Shown here: positions 47,454 to 56,957 of the stretch, piece by piece
How positions within the stretch are numbered: the stretch's first letter is position 1
Layout of the letters: every line of letters begins with the position of its first letter
Notes under the pieces: generated by a model
What the model was told of the DNA's origin: nothing
Databases searched by the model: none
What the model saw: only the letters and a program-made list of their open reading frames with translations
Source: Rubripirellula sp.
GTDB taxonomy: Bacteria > Planctomycetota > Planctomycetia > Pirellulales > Pirellulaceae
Direction: 5' to 3'
Length of the DNA stretch: 64,000 nt
Assembly: GCA_965216875.1 (NCBI GenBank)
Contig: OZ244207.1
Location: 4,352,001 to 4,416,000 of the forward strand
Translations under genes and position numbers: made by a program

Positions 47454-48902
47454 TCAATCTTGCAGTGACTCGACCACGGCACAGCCACACGAATCGCTCC
47501 AAACGTTGACCGACGTTCGGCACATGTCCAAGACTCGGTCCACCGCAAGGATGATGCCTTGCATCTCGAGTGGCAGTCCCACGGCGTGCAAAATGATCGC
47601 CATCATCACCAAACCTGCGTGTGGGATCCCGGCCGCCCCAACACTGGCAACCAACGCCGTCAGCGCGACCACAATCTGCTGACTCAGTGGCAAGTTCTGG
47701 CCGAAATGCAGCTGAGCGATAAACAAGACCGCGACCGCTTCGTAGAGCGCCGTGCCATCCATATTGATCGTCGCGCCCAAAGGCAGCACAAACGAACCGG
47801 TACGGTTACTGATCCCCGCCCGCTTTTCCACACACGAGAGGGTCAGCGGAAGCGTGCCGTTGCTACTGGCGCTGCTGAACGCGGTCAACAACGCAGGTGC
47901 CATCGCGCGTGCGTATTGAATCGGCGACCTTTTGGCAAAGAATTTCAGAATCAACGGCAGCGTGATCGCCGCATGCACCAGCAACGCTACGGCAACCGAG
48001 ACGCAGTACCAAGCGAGTGACACGAAGATCGCCGAGCCCTGCGTTGCGGTGACACTCGCGATCAAAAAGAAGACTCCGATCGGCGCCAGTGCGATGATGG
48101 CCATCGTCATCGCCATCATCACTTCAAAACCATCCGAAGCCAAGGTTTCAATTCGCTTGCCAACCTCGCCACCCACCTTGGCGGCAAAGAGCGAGAAGGC
48201 AACGGTGAAAGCGATGATCGACAAGAACTTGGGCTGAACCAACGCGCCCAGCGGATTCTTGGGGATCATCGCTTCGAGTTGCTCGAATAGCACTTCGCCA
48301 AGCGGCTTGGCTTCGCTGACAGTCGCGGCGACGGCGGCCGCTTCAACGTTGATCAATCCAGGACGAAAGACGTTCACCACGATCAAGCCGGTCACGATCG
48401 CCAGCATACTTGTGATCAAGTAGTAACTAATCGTGTGACGAAACATGCGTCCCACTCCATCGCCGCTGCCGAGCCCCATGATGCCCGACATCAACGAGGT
48501 CACGATCAACGGCACGGCAACCATTTGCAGCATACGCAGAAACAGGCCGCCAATGCGTTTGAACCACCCGCCGATCCGCTTTGCTGCACTGCGTCCGTGT
48601 TGGTCGTACAACGCGGCCAGTTCTGGCTGCGATTGAGCAAGTTTGTCTGCCGACCGATAAACCCCCTTGGCCCGCGATGAAGGATCGATGGTGTAAGTCG
48701 TTTCGCCCTCTGCCCCAGTGACAACAATCGTGGTGCGGTTGGAACTGTCTTCGATCACGACCGAGCTGATCCCACTGGGCAGCAACTCGGCTTGATCGAT
48801 GGTCGTCGACTTGGACGAAAAGCCCAGGTTCAATCCGATCCCAACGATCGAACCGGCGATCATCCCGATGAGAATTTGCCAATGCAAAGCCAAACGCATC
48901 AT
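47454..48902 (-). CDS. Dicarboxylate/amino acid:cation symporter (DAACS)
   Basis: AFSSASSNGTLP, PLGATINMDGTALYE and VDRVLDMCRTSVNV. Confidence 0.93.
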   Translation of the reverse strand: MMRLALHWQILIGMIAGSIVGIGLNLGFSSKSTTIDQAELLPSGISSVVIEDSSNRTTIVVTGAEGETTYTIDPSSRAKGVYRSADKLAQSQPELAALYDQHGRSAAKRIGGWFKRIGGLFLRMLQMVAVPLIVTSLMSGIMGLGSGDGVGRMFRHTISYYLITSMLAIVTGLIVVNVFRPGLINVEAAAVAATVSEAKPLGEVLFEQLEAMIPKNPLGALVQPKFLSIIAFTVAFSLFAAKVGGEVGKRIETLASDGFEVMMAMTMAIIALAPIGVFFLIASVTATQGSAIFVSLAWYCVSVAVALLVHAAITLPLILKFFAKRSPIQYARAMAPALLTAFSSASSNGTLPLTLSCVEKRAGISNRTGSFVLPLGATINMDGTALYEAVAVLFIAQLHFGQNLPLSQQIVVALTALVASVGAAGIPHAGLVMMAIILHAVGLPLEMQGIILAVDRVLDMCRTSVNVWSDSCGCAVVESLQD

Positions 48903-48909
48903 GCGATTT

Positions 48910-49296
48910 TCAATCCAATTCGTCAGTGGCAAGGACGTAGGCGGTCGCGTGTGTGCGACAAGCGCCAAAAGAGATGTGCACCTTTTCGATACCGACCTGT
49001 TCGGCCCAATGTGCCGCGGCACCCGAGAGCGCGATCAACGGGCCTTCACCGGCGCTGATCACGATTTCAATATCGGTCCAACGAACACCTTGGTTGCGGC
49101 ACCGCATCGCCTTCATCACCGCTTCTTTGGCGGCCCATCGTTTGGCAAGGTGCTGGTTCGCGTTGGCTGTGCGCAAGCAGTATTCAATTTCGTCGGCGGT
49201 ATAAACTCGCTCAAGAAACTGCTCGCCATGCGTTTCGACCATCTTGGCAATGCGAACGCATTCGACGATTTCGGTACCGATGCCCAGGATCGCCAT
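48910..49296 (-). CDS. acpS: Holo-ACP synthase-like phosphopantetheinyl transferase (divergent)
   Basis: MAILGIGTEIVE and RWAAKEAVMKA. Confidence 0.8.
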   Translation of the reverse strand: MAILGIGTEIVECVRIAKMVETHGEQFLERVYTADEIEYCLRTANANQHLAKRWAAKEAVMKAMRCRNQGVRWTDIEIVISAGEGPLIALSGAAAHWAEQVGIEKVHISFGACRTHATAYVLATDELD

Positions 49297-49366
49297 CGTG
49301 TTGTTGGGATTGAGAAGGCGCGTCGGCGACGCGGACCGATGCCCGCATCGCGATGAATCAATCCCT

Positions 49367-50335
49367 CTATCGTAACCCACACGCGGTACGTGCGCGGTCC
49401 AATACCCCGCTGGCGACTTCCCGAGCGCGATCGGCCCCCGCCCTAAGCGTGTCGCGAACGTAGTCGAGGTTGCCTTCGAGATCCTTGCGCCGTGCGCGTG
49501 CGTCGGCGAAATAAGATTCGCTCGCCTCGGCGACTGCCTTTTTCACTTCGCCGTATCCAAATCCGCCACGTCGGTACATCGCCGCCATCGACTCGACCTC
49601 TTCGTCCGATGCGAACAGGCGATAGAGCTGGAACAAATGGTCGTCTTCAGGTTCCTTGGGATCTTCCATCGGACGGCTGTCGGTGGTGATCCGCATGATC
49701 TGTTTGCGAATCGGTTTCTCCTCGCCAAACAGCGGCAGAGTGTTGCCGTAACTCTTGCTCATCTTCTGGCCGTCTGTCCCTGGGACCTTAGCGCCATCCT
49801 CGAGCGTCTTGGCCTTGGGCAAGACGAATGTCTCGCCAAACTGATGGTTGAAGCTGCCAGCGATATCGCGGCAGACCTCGATGTGCTGGACTTGGTCGGC
49901 GCCGACCGGAACGATCTGGCTGTCGTAAGCCAGAATGTCAGCGGCCTGCAAAACGGGATAGGTGAACAGGCCTGCGTCGGAGGAAATCCCCGCCTCCTTC
50001 TTTTCCTTGTAGGCCACGCATCGTTCGAGCAGTCCCATTGGCGTGCCGGTCATCAAGATCCAACACAACTCAGGAATCTCGGGCACATGCGACTGGATAA
50101 AAAGGGTCGCCTTGGCCGGATCGAGACCGAGGGCGAGCAGATCCATCGCCGTGTCCATGACGTGGCCACGCAAGTCGTCCCCTTTATTACTGCGGACCGT
50201 TGTCAGCGCGTGAAAGTCGGCTACGAAATAGAACCCCTCGTTCTCTTCCTGCAACTGGATGTATTGGCGAATCGCACCAAAGTAGTTTCCCCAGTGAGGA
50301 CGGCCGGTAGGTTGGATGCCGGAAAGGACGCGCAT
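49367..50335 (-). CDS. trpS: Tryptophan--tRNA ligase
   Basis: [29 protein letters not shown] and KMSKS. Confidence 0.96.
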   Translation of the reverse strand: MRVLSGIQPTGRPHWGNYFGAIRQYIQLQEENEGFYFVADFHALTTVRSNKGDDLRGHVMDTAMDLLALGLDPAKATLFIQSHVPEIPELCWILMTGTPMGLLERCVAYKEKKEAGISSDAGLFTYPVLQAADILAYDSQIVPVGADQVQHIEVCRDIAGSFNHQFGETFVLPKAKTLEDGAKVPGTDGQKMSKSYGNTLPLFGEEKPIRKQIMRITTDSRPMEDPKEPEDDHLFQLYRLFASDEEVESMAAMYRRGGFGYGEVKKAVAEASESYFADARARRKDLEGNLDYVRDTLRAGADRAREVASGVLDRARTACGLR

Positions 50336-50437
50336 AGCAAACAGATCAAGTTTCGCGGTGAAGTTGAATTAGGGACGCCCAGATTGTGTCTTAAATCAGG
50401 GGGCAGTCGCTAGCCCCGGCAATCTCGGCAACGGTTC

Positions 50438-50489
50438 GTAGTACCGGCTTTAGCCGGATGATCGCCTATCCGCCTAAGGGCGGTACTAC
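50438..50489. repeat. REP-like family A inverted pair
   Basis: GTAGTACCGGCTTTAGCCGG...CCGCCTAAGGGCGGTACTAC. Confidence 0.8.
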
Positions 50490-50509
50490 GAACCGACACC
50501 CATCCAGAA

Positions 50510-51478
50510 TCAAGGATGCAGGAAGCGATAGCCGGCCGAACGCATGAGGGCAAAGGTAAAGACGGGCGAGATGAAGATCGCCGCCAATCCGACGATTGCA
50601 TAAATCGCCAATCCCACCATTTCATCGGCATCCATCGAAAGGCCTTCCCCCATGATCACAAGCAGTCCGGCGTAGGAAAAAAAGGCGGCGATCACCGTCG
50701 AAAACGCAAACAGGATCGCATTGCGGACGATGTGACGTCGTCGTGCCGTCAGCATGATGCGCGCGAGGACACAGGAAAAGAGAGTCACAAACCCCACCGG
50801 CAGCGCAACGTACGCAAGCATCGCGAACACTTCAATCGACCAATACTCTTCTTGATCGCCAACGGCATACCGAACCGCTCCAAGGTAAATCGCAATCATC
50901 AGCGTACTGATCATGAGGTGGCGAATCTGAAGCTTCGGAGCTTCGCTCGGGTACCCTGGCGGAACAAGCCGCCAAGCACGCACCCAAACAAAAAGCTTTG
51001 CCACGAACCAACTGGCTACCACGATCGGCGGCACGTAGAGCAACAACGCTGGCAAGAAACCGTCAAGGCCCGCTTCTTCATTCATGCCCAGGGCAAGCAA
51101 CCCCGAACCGGCCACCACCGACGACGAAAAAAGTGTGCGCATTGTCTTTTCGGCAACCGACCGCGTTGAAAAAACGTGCGCTACGGCGGCCGTGCCAATT
51201 GCTCCGAGAAAGACGATGGTCGCATAGGCGTAAAACATCGACGACGCACACACCCCGAACACCGTCAACGCATGTGCGGCCAGGCAAATCCAGTAGTGGG
51301 CCGCCGGGCTGAGCGATGCCCGCACAACGATCTCTTTGGACTCGAGCTCGGCGAGTTGACGCTCAAGTTTTTCAACCCGTTCGGTAAGCGCCCGACAACC
51401 AACACAGGGAAGGGCCTGGGGATCAGGCGTGATGGGCGGGTCGCTTCGTAAAACAACGTCGTGAGGTTTCGTCGTCAT
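50510..51478 (-). CDS. Polytopic membrane hypothetical protein
   Basis: About 8 hydrophobic segments, N-terminal CVGC plus coiled coil, and an internal LQIRHLM (FSLR-like) motif. Confidence 0.75.
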   Translation of the reverse strand: MTTKPHDVVLRSDPPITPDPQALPCVGCRALTERVEKLERQLAELESKEIVVRASLSPAAHYWICLAAHALTVFGVCASSMFYAYATIVFLGAIGTAAVAHVFSTRSVAEKTMRTLFSSSVVAGSGLLALGMNEEAGLDGFLPALLLYVPPIVVASWFVAKLFVWVRAWRLVPPGYPSEAPKLQIRHLMISTLMIAIYLGAVRYAVGDQEEYWSIEVFAMLAYVALPVGFVTLFSCVLARIMLTARRRHIVRNAILFAFSTVIAAFFSYAGLLVIMGEGLSMDADEMVGLAIYAIVGLAAIFISPVFTFALMRSAGYRFLHP

Positions 51479-51515
51479 TCGAAAACCATCCTTGCTGTTT
51501 GCGGCCGTGAAGTTT

Positions 51516-51573
51516 GTAGTACCGCCTTCAGGCGGCAAGCGACAAACGCTCTGTCATGCACAGCATGACCTAC
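51516..51573. repeat. REP-like family A and family C half-elements
   Basis: GTAGTACCGCCTTCAGGCGG and TGTCATGCACAGCATGACCTAC. Confidence 0.75.
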
Positions 51574-51586
51574 CCAAACCAACATA

Positions 51587-53584
51587 TCAGCAATTGGGAC
51601 CGCCTGCGGATGTGGCGGCAGCTGGCGTGACCGTTTCGACGATCCCTTTGACCTTGGGCCACAAAATGATCGCTTCGACAAGCATCCAGACTTCCAAGGC
51701 GATCGTTGCCACGCCCACGACGATGACAACCCAATTCGGATTCTCGGCTGCCAGCCAACCGGGCAACTCCGTCAACATCGCCCAAGCTGGCATGATCAAC
51801 ATAAAGATCATCGGAATCACGATGAACCAAACGGGGATACTGCGGCGCCACAAAAAGAACGACACCACCAAAAACGCGAGTCCGGCGAGCAATTGATTGG
51901 TGGCCCCAAAGAGCGGCCACAAAATCATGCCTCCTTTTCCCGCGTGGGTGGTGAGCCACCACGACAAACCGCTTGCGCCTCCGGCGGTCGCGGCGGCGGG
52001 CAGCTCGGGGTTAGCTTCCACGTACTCGGCCGGCAATTCACCGGAGATGGCATCGCCGAACGAAACGGGAGTATTGGGGGCAGGCAGCGCCGCGATCACC
52101 AGAGCCAACGTCACAGCAAAGATCGTCGCGCCATGCTTGTTCGTTAACCAAACGAGCGGATTGAATGAAGTCCCCGACGAGCCACCGCCGCCCGCTTCAC
52201 TCGGCCGCCCCACAAAGGTCGCAGCCAACTCTTGCACCACATAGCGTTGCAACCGGCAGGCCGTATCGAGTGTCGTGCCGGCAAACGAGGCAACCAACAC
52301 GCCCATGATCGCCACGGCGATCGAGGATGGCACCGACATCGCTTTCAAGAAGTTCGCCGATCCATCAACAAACGCGCCGACCTTCGCTGGCAGACCCTTG
52401 GCCGATCCCCAAGTCTCGTACCGAGCCATGTAGGCCGCTTCGCCCGTCAAGATTTCTCCCTCGCCACCGACCGCTGCCGTCGCACCAAGTCCAAGGCCAG
52501 CGACACAGGCAAGGATCACGAGCGTGGCAAGAAAGCCTTCAGTCAACATCGAACCGTAACCAACAAACTGGGCGTCGGTCTCGCACTTGATTTGTTTGCT
52601 CGATGTCCCCGATGAAACGAGACAATGAAAACCCGAGCAGGCACCACAAGCGATCGTGATGAACAAGAACGGGATGATCATCGGCGCCCCTTCGGGATTG
52701 GCGCGAATCATCGGCGCAGAGATTTCGAGTGGAATACGGTCGCCACCTTCCGCAATCGGCGCACCGCCAATCAATCCGGCAAAGACTAAACCGGCCACCA
52801 CCAATCCGAGCGCGGTGATCAGTTGCAGCGAATTGATGTAGTCCCGTGGTTGCAACAGCGTCCAAACAGGCAGCACTGATGCGACATAAGAATAGAGCAA
52901 TAGGATCACGACCCAGGTGATGACGGACCAACTTGCCATCATCGCATTGAGATCTCCGAGCACACCGGTGTCGCCAAAGATGAGTGTCAAGTACATCGTC
53001 GCGAGTGCGAGGAGCGACGGCATCAGCAAGTGCACGTTCTTTCGGTGCAGCCAAACCCCAATGGCGACCGCAATCGGAATTTGAACGAGGCAGGGAATGA
53101 TCGCGGCCGGGTACTGTTTGAACACCGAGGCGATCACCAACCCAAAGATGGCCAACACGATCGTGAGCGCCATGAAGAGGATGAGCAGGAACAGCAATCG
53201 AACGCGGCGGTTGAGAACACGACCGGCAACATCGCCAACCGTTTGTCCTTGGCTGCGCATCGACACAACGAGCGATCCAAAATCGTGGACGGCACCGACG
53301 AGGATCGAACCCAACAACACCCAGATCAGTGCAGGCAGCCACCCCCACATCACGGCGATGGCCGGTCCGACAATCGGGCCCGTCCCCGCGATCGAAGTGA
53401 AGTGATGACCGAAAAGGACGCTGCGGTCGGTCGGTACGTAATCGCGGTCGTCACACAATTCGACACTGGGAACGTTGGCCGCCGCATCGAGGCGAAAGAT
53501 CTTGCGGGCCAACCAGCGGCCGTAAGTGTGGTACGCGATCATGTACGCGACCATCGAACCGAGAGCGATAAGGAGAGTGGTCAT
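51587..53584 (-). CDS. cstA: Carbon starvation protein A family transporter
   Basis: GHHFTSIAGTGPIVGP, LLQPRDYIN, TIACGACSGFH and WPLFGATNQLLA. Confidence 0.93.
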   Translation of the reverse strand: MTTLLIALGSMVAYMIAYHTYGRWLARKIFRLDAAANVPSVELCDDRDYVPTDRSVLFGHHFTSIAGTGPIVGPAIAVMWGWLPALIWVLLGSILVGAVHDFGSLVVSMRSQGQTVGDVAGRVLNRRVRLLFLLILFMALTIVLAIFGLVIASVFKQYPAAIIPCLVQIPIAVAIGVWLHRKNVHLLMPSLLALATMYLTLIFGDTGVLGDLNAMMASWSVITWVVILLLYSYVASVLPVWTLLQPRDYINSLQLITALGLVVAGLVFAGLIGGAPIAEGGDRIPLEISAPMIRANPEGAPMIIPFLFITIACGACSGFHCLVSSGTSSKQIKCETDAQFVGYGSMLTEGFLATLVILACVAGLGLGATAAVGGEGEILTGEAAYMARYETWGSAKGLPAKVGAFVDGSANFLKAMSVPSSIAVAIMGVLVASFAGTTLDTACRLQRYVVQELAATFVGRPSEAGGGGSSGTSFNPLVWLTNKHGATIFAVTLALVIAALPAPNTPVSFGDAISGELPAEYVEANPELPAAATAGGASGLSWWLTTHAGKGGMILWPLFGATNQLLAGLAFLVVSFFLWRRSIPVWFIVIPMIFMLIMPAWAMLTELPGWLAAENPNWVVIVVGVATIALEVWMLVEAIILWPKVKGIVETVTPAAATSAGGPNC

Positions 53585-53943
53585 TCGGCAGACGTATTGA
53601 TGGATTGAATAAGGTTGGACGAATGGGTGCGTGGTGAATCGGGGCCCGGCGAATCGGGACCAGAGTCCGCGAGGACCTGTGGATCACGGGGCATCCGAAA
53701 ATCGCTTCAACGGCCGAGCATTTTGCCCAAGGCGGTATTCGCGACGAAATAGCGATATTTCAGGAAGGGGACGCGGGTGGTGAACTCGCGAAAGCCCCTT
53801 ATACTAACGCGATTCTCGGCCTGATGGGCCCAATCCGCCGCTCGACGGGCTGCGTTCCGCCGCCTGACGGGCTGCGAATCACCACTCATCGGGTGCCGAA
53901 TCGAATAGAGACCTCGCTGTTACTAGTAGGGAGTGCGACGGCC

Positions 53944-55026
53944 TTGTCGGACAACGAAAATCCAGAGATTGAAAAGACTGTCATCATCGGAAGCGGCCCC
54001 GCAGGCTGGTCAGCAGCGATTTATGCAGCTCGAGCGAACCTGAATCCGCTCGTCTTTGAAGGCACAATCAAGCCAGAAATGATCCCGCTCGGTCAGCTCG
54101 CCTTCACCACCGAAGTCGAAAACTACCCCGGGTTCCCGGCGGGCAACGTACGCGCCTTTATCGAAAGTGCTGTCGCAAAGGATCGCCACTACAACTTGCC
54201 GATGGTGCCAGCCGGCCACGAAAAAGAGGGTCAGCCCCATTACGCCGTCCAAGGCGTCGAGTTGATGGAGCTGATGAAGCAGCAGGCGCTCAACTTTGGC
54301 ACACGCGTGATCGGCGACGACATCGAAAGTGTCGACTTCTCCGGCCCCGTGCATGTGCTCAACCCCGCTTCGGGCGAACCGGTCAAGGCTCGCACCGTGA
54401 TCATCGCCACCGGTGCACGCGCCAATTACTTGGGTCTGCCTTCGGAAGAAGAATACAAGAACAAGGGCGTCAGTGCGTGTGCGGTCTGCGATGGTGCCCT
54501 GCCAACGTATCGCGCTAAACCGCTTGCCGTTGTTGGCGGTGGTGACTCAGCCGTGGAAGAAGCGACCTACCTCGCCAATCTCGACCGCGCCGACACGATC
54601 CACATGATCGTCCGCCGCGACCAGATGCGGGCATCAAAGGTGATGCAGGAGCGAGCACTGAATCATCCAAAGATCAATGTGGTCTGGAACAGCGTGGTTG
54701 ATGAAGTGATCGGCGACGGGAATCTCGTGACCGGCTTGAAACTCAAGAGCACCAAAGACGATTCGATCAGCGACTTGGCCGTCGGTGGCATGTTTGTGGC
54801 GATTGGCCACACACCGAACACCGCCTTCTTGGACGGTGCGGTCAAAATGAACGAAGCCGGCTACATCCAGTGGCAGCTTCCGTTCCGCACCAACACCAGC
54901 GTCCCGGGTGTTTTTGCTGCAGGCGACGTCGCAGACGATTATTATCGTCAGGCAATCACTTCGGCAGGCACTGGCTGTATGTCAGCTTTGGATGCCGAGC
55001 GATACCTTGTGGAACTGGAATCGTAG
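53944..55026 (+). CDS. trxB: Thioredoxin reductase
   Basis: GSGPAG, ENYPGFP, CAVCDG, GGGDSA, GDV and [11 protein letters not shown] start after AGGGAG. Confidence 0.93.
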   Translation: MSDNENPEIEKTVIIGSGPAGWSAAIYAARANLNPLVFEGTIKPEMIPLGQLAFTTEVENYPGFPAGNVRAFIESAVAKDRHYNLPMVPAGHEKEGQPHYAVQGVELMELMKQQALNFGTRVIGDDIESVDFSGPVHVLNPASGEPVKARTVIIATGARANYLGLPSEEEYKNKGVSACAVCDGALPTYRAKPLAVVGGGDSAVEEATYLANLDRADTIHMIVRRDQMRASKVMQERALNHPKINVVWNSVVDEVIGDGNLVTGLKLKSTKDDSISDLAVGGMFVAIGHTPNTAFLDGAVKMNEAGYIQWQLPFRTNTSVPGVFAAGDVADDYYRQAITSAGTGCMSALDAERYLVELES

Positions 55027-55125
55027 GCAGCGATTTCCGTTTCCCTCCCCATCAGGTCGCGCCCCGCCTCCTCACTTCGGGCGCGACCGACACGTTCCGA
55101 CGCTCCCTCCACACAGTGACCCACC

Positions 55126-56787
55126 ATGACCGACGATTCGCAACCTTCACGCGAAGAGCAACTGCTTGAAGAAGCAGCCACCAAAGGAATGCTCGGCAAG
55201 GCCGCCATCTATTCGCGGCTTTCCGGTCCCGGTTGGTTGCAGGGCGCGATCACACTCGGCGGTGGCTCGCTTGCCGGAGCGTTGTACCTTGGCGTGATCA
55301 TGGGCTACCGCATGATGTGGTTGCAGCCGATCGCAATGGTGCTTGGCGTGATCATGCTCGGCGCGATTTCGTACGTTGCCTTGTCGACCGGCGAGCGCCC
55401 TTTCCAAACGCTCAAGACTCACATCAGCCCCGTGTTGGCGTGGGGATGGCTGATCGCCACGATCATGGCCAACATCGTTTGGTGCTTGCCCCAATTCGCC
55501 CTTGGCACGGCCGCCGTCCAGCAAAACCTGGTTCCGTCACTCGGTGACGAAGGGATGAAGCTCCCCGTCGCAATCGTGATTCTTGTGGTCGCCTCGGTCG
55601 TCGTTTGGTTTTACAACTCAGGCAGCAAAGGGATCAAACTTTTTGAGTTGATCCTCAAGGCGATGGTCGGCGTCGTTGTCCTTTCATTTTTTGGGGTCGT
55701 GATCGCACTGACTGGCAAGGGTGCACTCGACTGGGGACAGATCGGGTCGGGATTGATCCCCAACTTGAAGTACCTTTTCGAACCTGTCCCCGCGCTCGCC
55801 GACACCATTGCCCAAACGGGTGACTACAGCGATTGGTGGACGGGCAAGGTTGCCGGAATCCAGAAAGACCGCATCATCACCGCCTTCGCCACGGCGGTCG
55901 GGATCAACATGACCTTCCTGCTTCCTTATTCGATGCTTCGAAAGGGCTGGGGCGTCAAACAACGCGGGCTGGCGATCTTCGATTTGTCGATCGGACTGAT
56001 CGTTCCCTTCGTCTTGGCAACAGGTTGTGTCGTGATCGCCGCAGCCAGCCAATTTCACGGCAAAACAACCGACGTGTTGTCAGCCGTCGAAGAAGGGAAG
56101 GGCGGTAAAGAGGTCAAAGAGTACTTCAAGTTCGTCGACCAACGGATCAAAGCGGAAAACCCAGAGATCTCCGACGACGCGTTGGCGGCTGCTCGTGATG
56201 CATTGCCCGAAGCCGATCGCCAACTCGCCGCGATGCTCGCCGGCCGAGACAACTTGGCACTCGCCGGAACACTCGAGCCATTGGTTGGAAAAACCGTTGC
56301 TCAAACCCTGTTCGGCGTCGGCGTGCTCGGAATGGCCGTCTCGACAATCATTATTCTGATGCTGATCAACGGCTTCGCATTCTGTGAATTGCTCAATGTG
56401 CCTGGCGAAGGAACGATGCACCGCATTGGCAGCATGATCCCTGCCGTGGGTGTCGTCGGCCCGGTGGTTTGGGGCGCAGCCGCTCCGGCGTTGGCCACAC
56501 CAACGTCAGTGATTGGCGGGGCGATGCTGCCGATCGCCTACCTTTCGTTCCTGCTGCTGATGAATTCACGCAGTGCCCTTGGCGATTCGATGCCAAGCGG
56601 AATCAAACGTCTGGTCTTCAATATCTTGATGGTTGCCGCGACCGTGATCGCAGGCTTCGCATCGGCCTGGGGCTTGTACGGCAAAGAGATGTACAATTTC
56701 CCAATCGGCAACCTGGCACTCGCCGTTCTCGGCGTCATGCTGTTGCTCGGTGTAGTCGGATTCTTGGGCAAGCAAGGTAAGAACTAG
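55126..56787 (+). CDS. Divergent NRAMP/MntH-like membrane transporter
   Basis: GPGWLQGAITLGGGS in TM1 and about 11-12 TM helices. Confidence 0.65.
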   Translation: MTDDSQPSREEQLLEEAATKGMLGKAAIYSRLSGPGWLQGAITLGGGSLAGALYLGVIMGYRMMWLQPIAMVLGVIMLGAISYVALSTGERPFQTLKTHISPVLAWGWLIATIMANIVWCLPQFALGTAAVQQNLVPSLGDEGMKLPVAIVILVVASVVVWFYNSGSKGIKLFELILKAMVGVVVLSFFGVVIALTGKGALDWGQIGSGLIPNLKYLFEPVPALADTIAQTGDYSDWWTGKVAGIQKDRIITAFATAVGINMTFLLPYSMLRKGWGVKQRGLAIFDLSIGLIVPFVLATGCVVIAAASQFHGKTTDVLSAVEEGKGGKEVKEYFKFVDQRIKAENPEISDDALAAARDALPEADRQLAAMLAGRDNLALAGTLEPLVGKTVAQTLFGVGVLGMAVSTIIILMLINGFAFCELLNVPGEGTMHRIGSMIPAVGVVGPVVWGAAAPALATPTSVIGGAMLPIAYLSFLLLMNSRSALGDSMPSGIKRLVFNILMVAATVIAGFASAWGLYGKEMYNFPIGNLALAVLGVMLLLGVVGFLGKQGKN

Positions 56788-56823
56788 AGCAGGTTGTCGC
56801 TGACACTGGCCCAACCCAAAGAA

Positions 56824-56916
56824 ACCCTCCTTTCCAAGGAGGGTCGGGCGCTAAAGCCCGGGGAGGTTCCGTTGTTGCCGAAACGAGGTTCCTCGCGTCC
56901 CTCCCGGAGGGAGGGT
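56824..56916. repeat. REP-like family H element
   Basis: GGAGGGTCGGGCGCTAAAGCCC shared with 29105-29211. Confidence 0.7.
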
Positions 56917-56957
56917 ATTGTTAAACCACAAAGACCTTTCATCGACGGATTGAACAG

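Noticed and set aside
51552..51586. SECIS element after the cstA UGA
   Set aside because: The hairpin is identical to the family C REP at 47432-47453, so it gives no independent support for selenocysteine.
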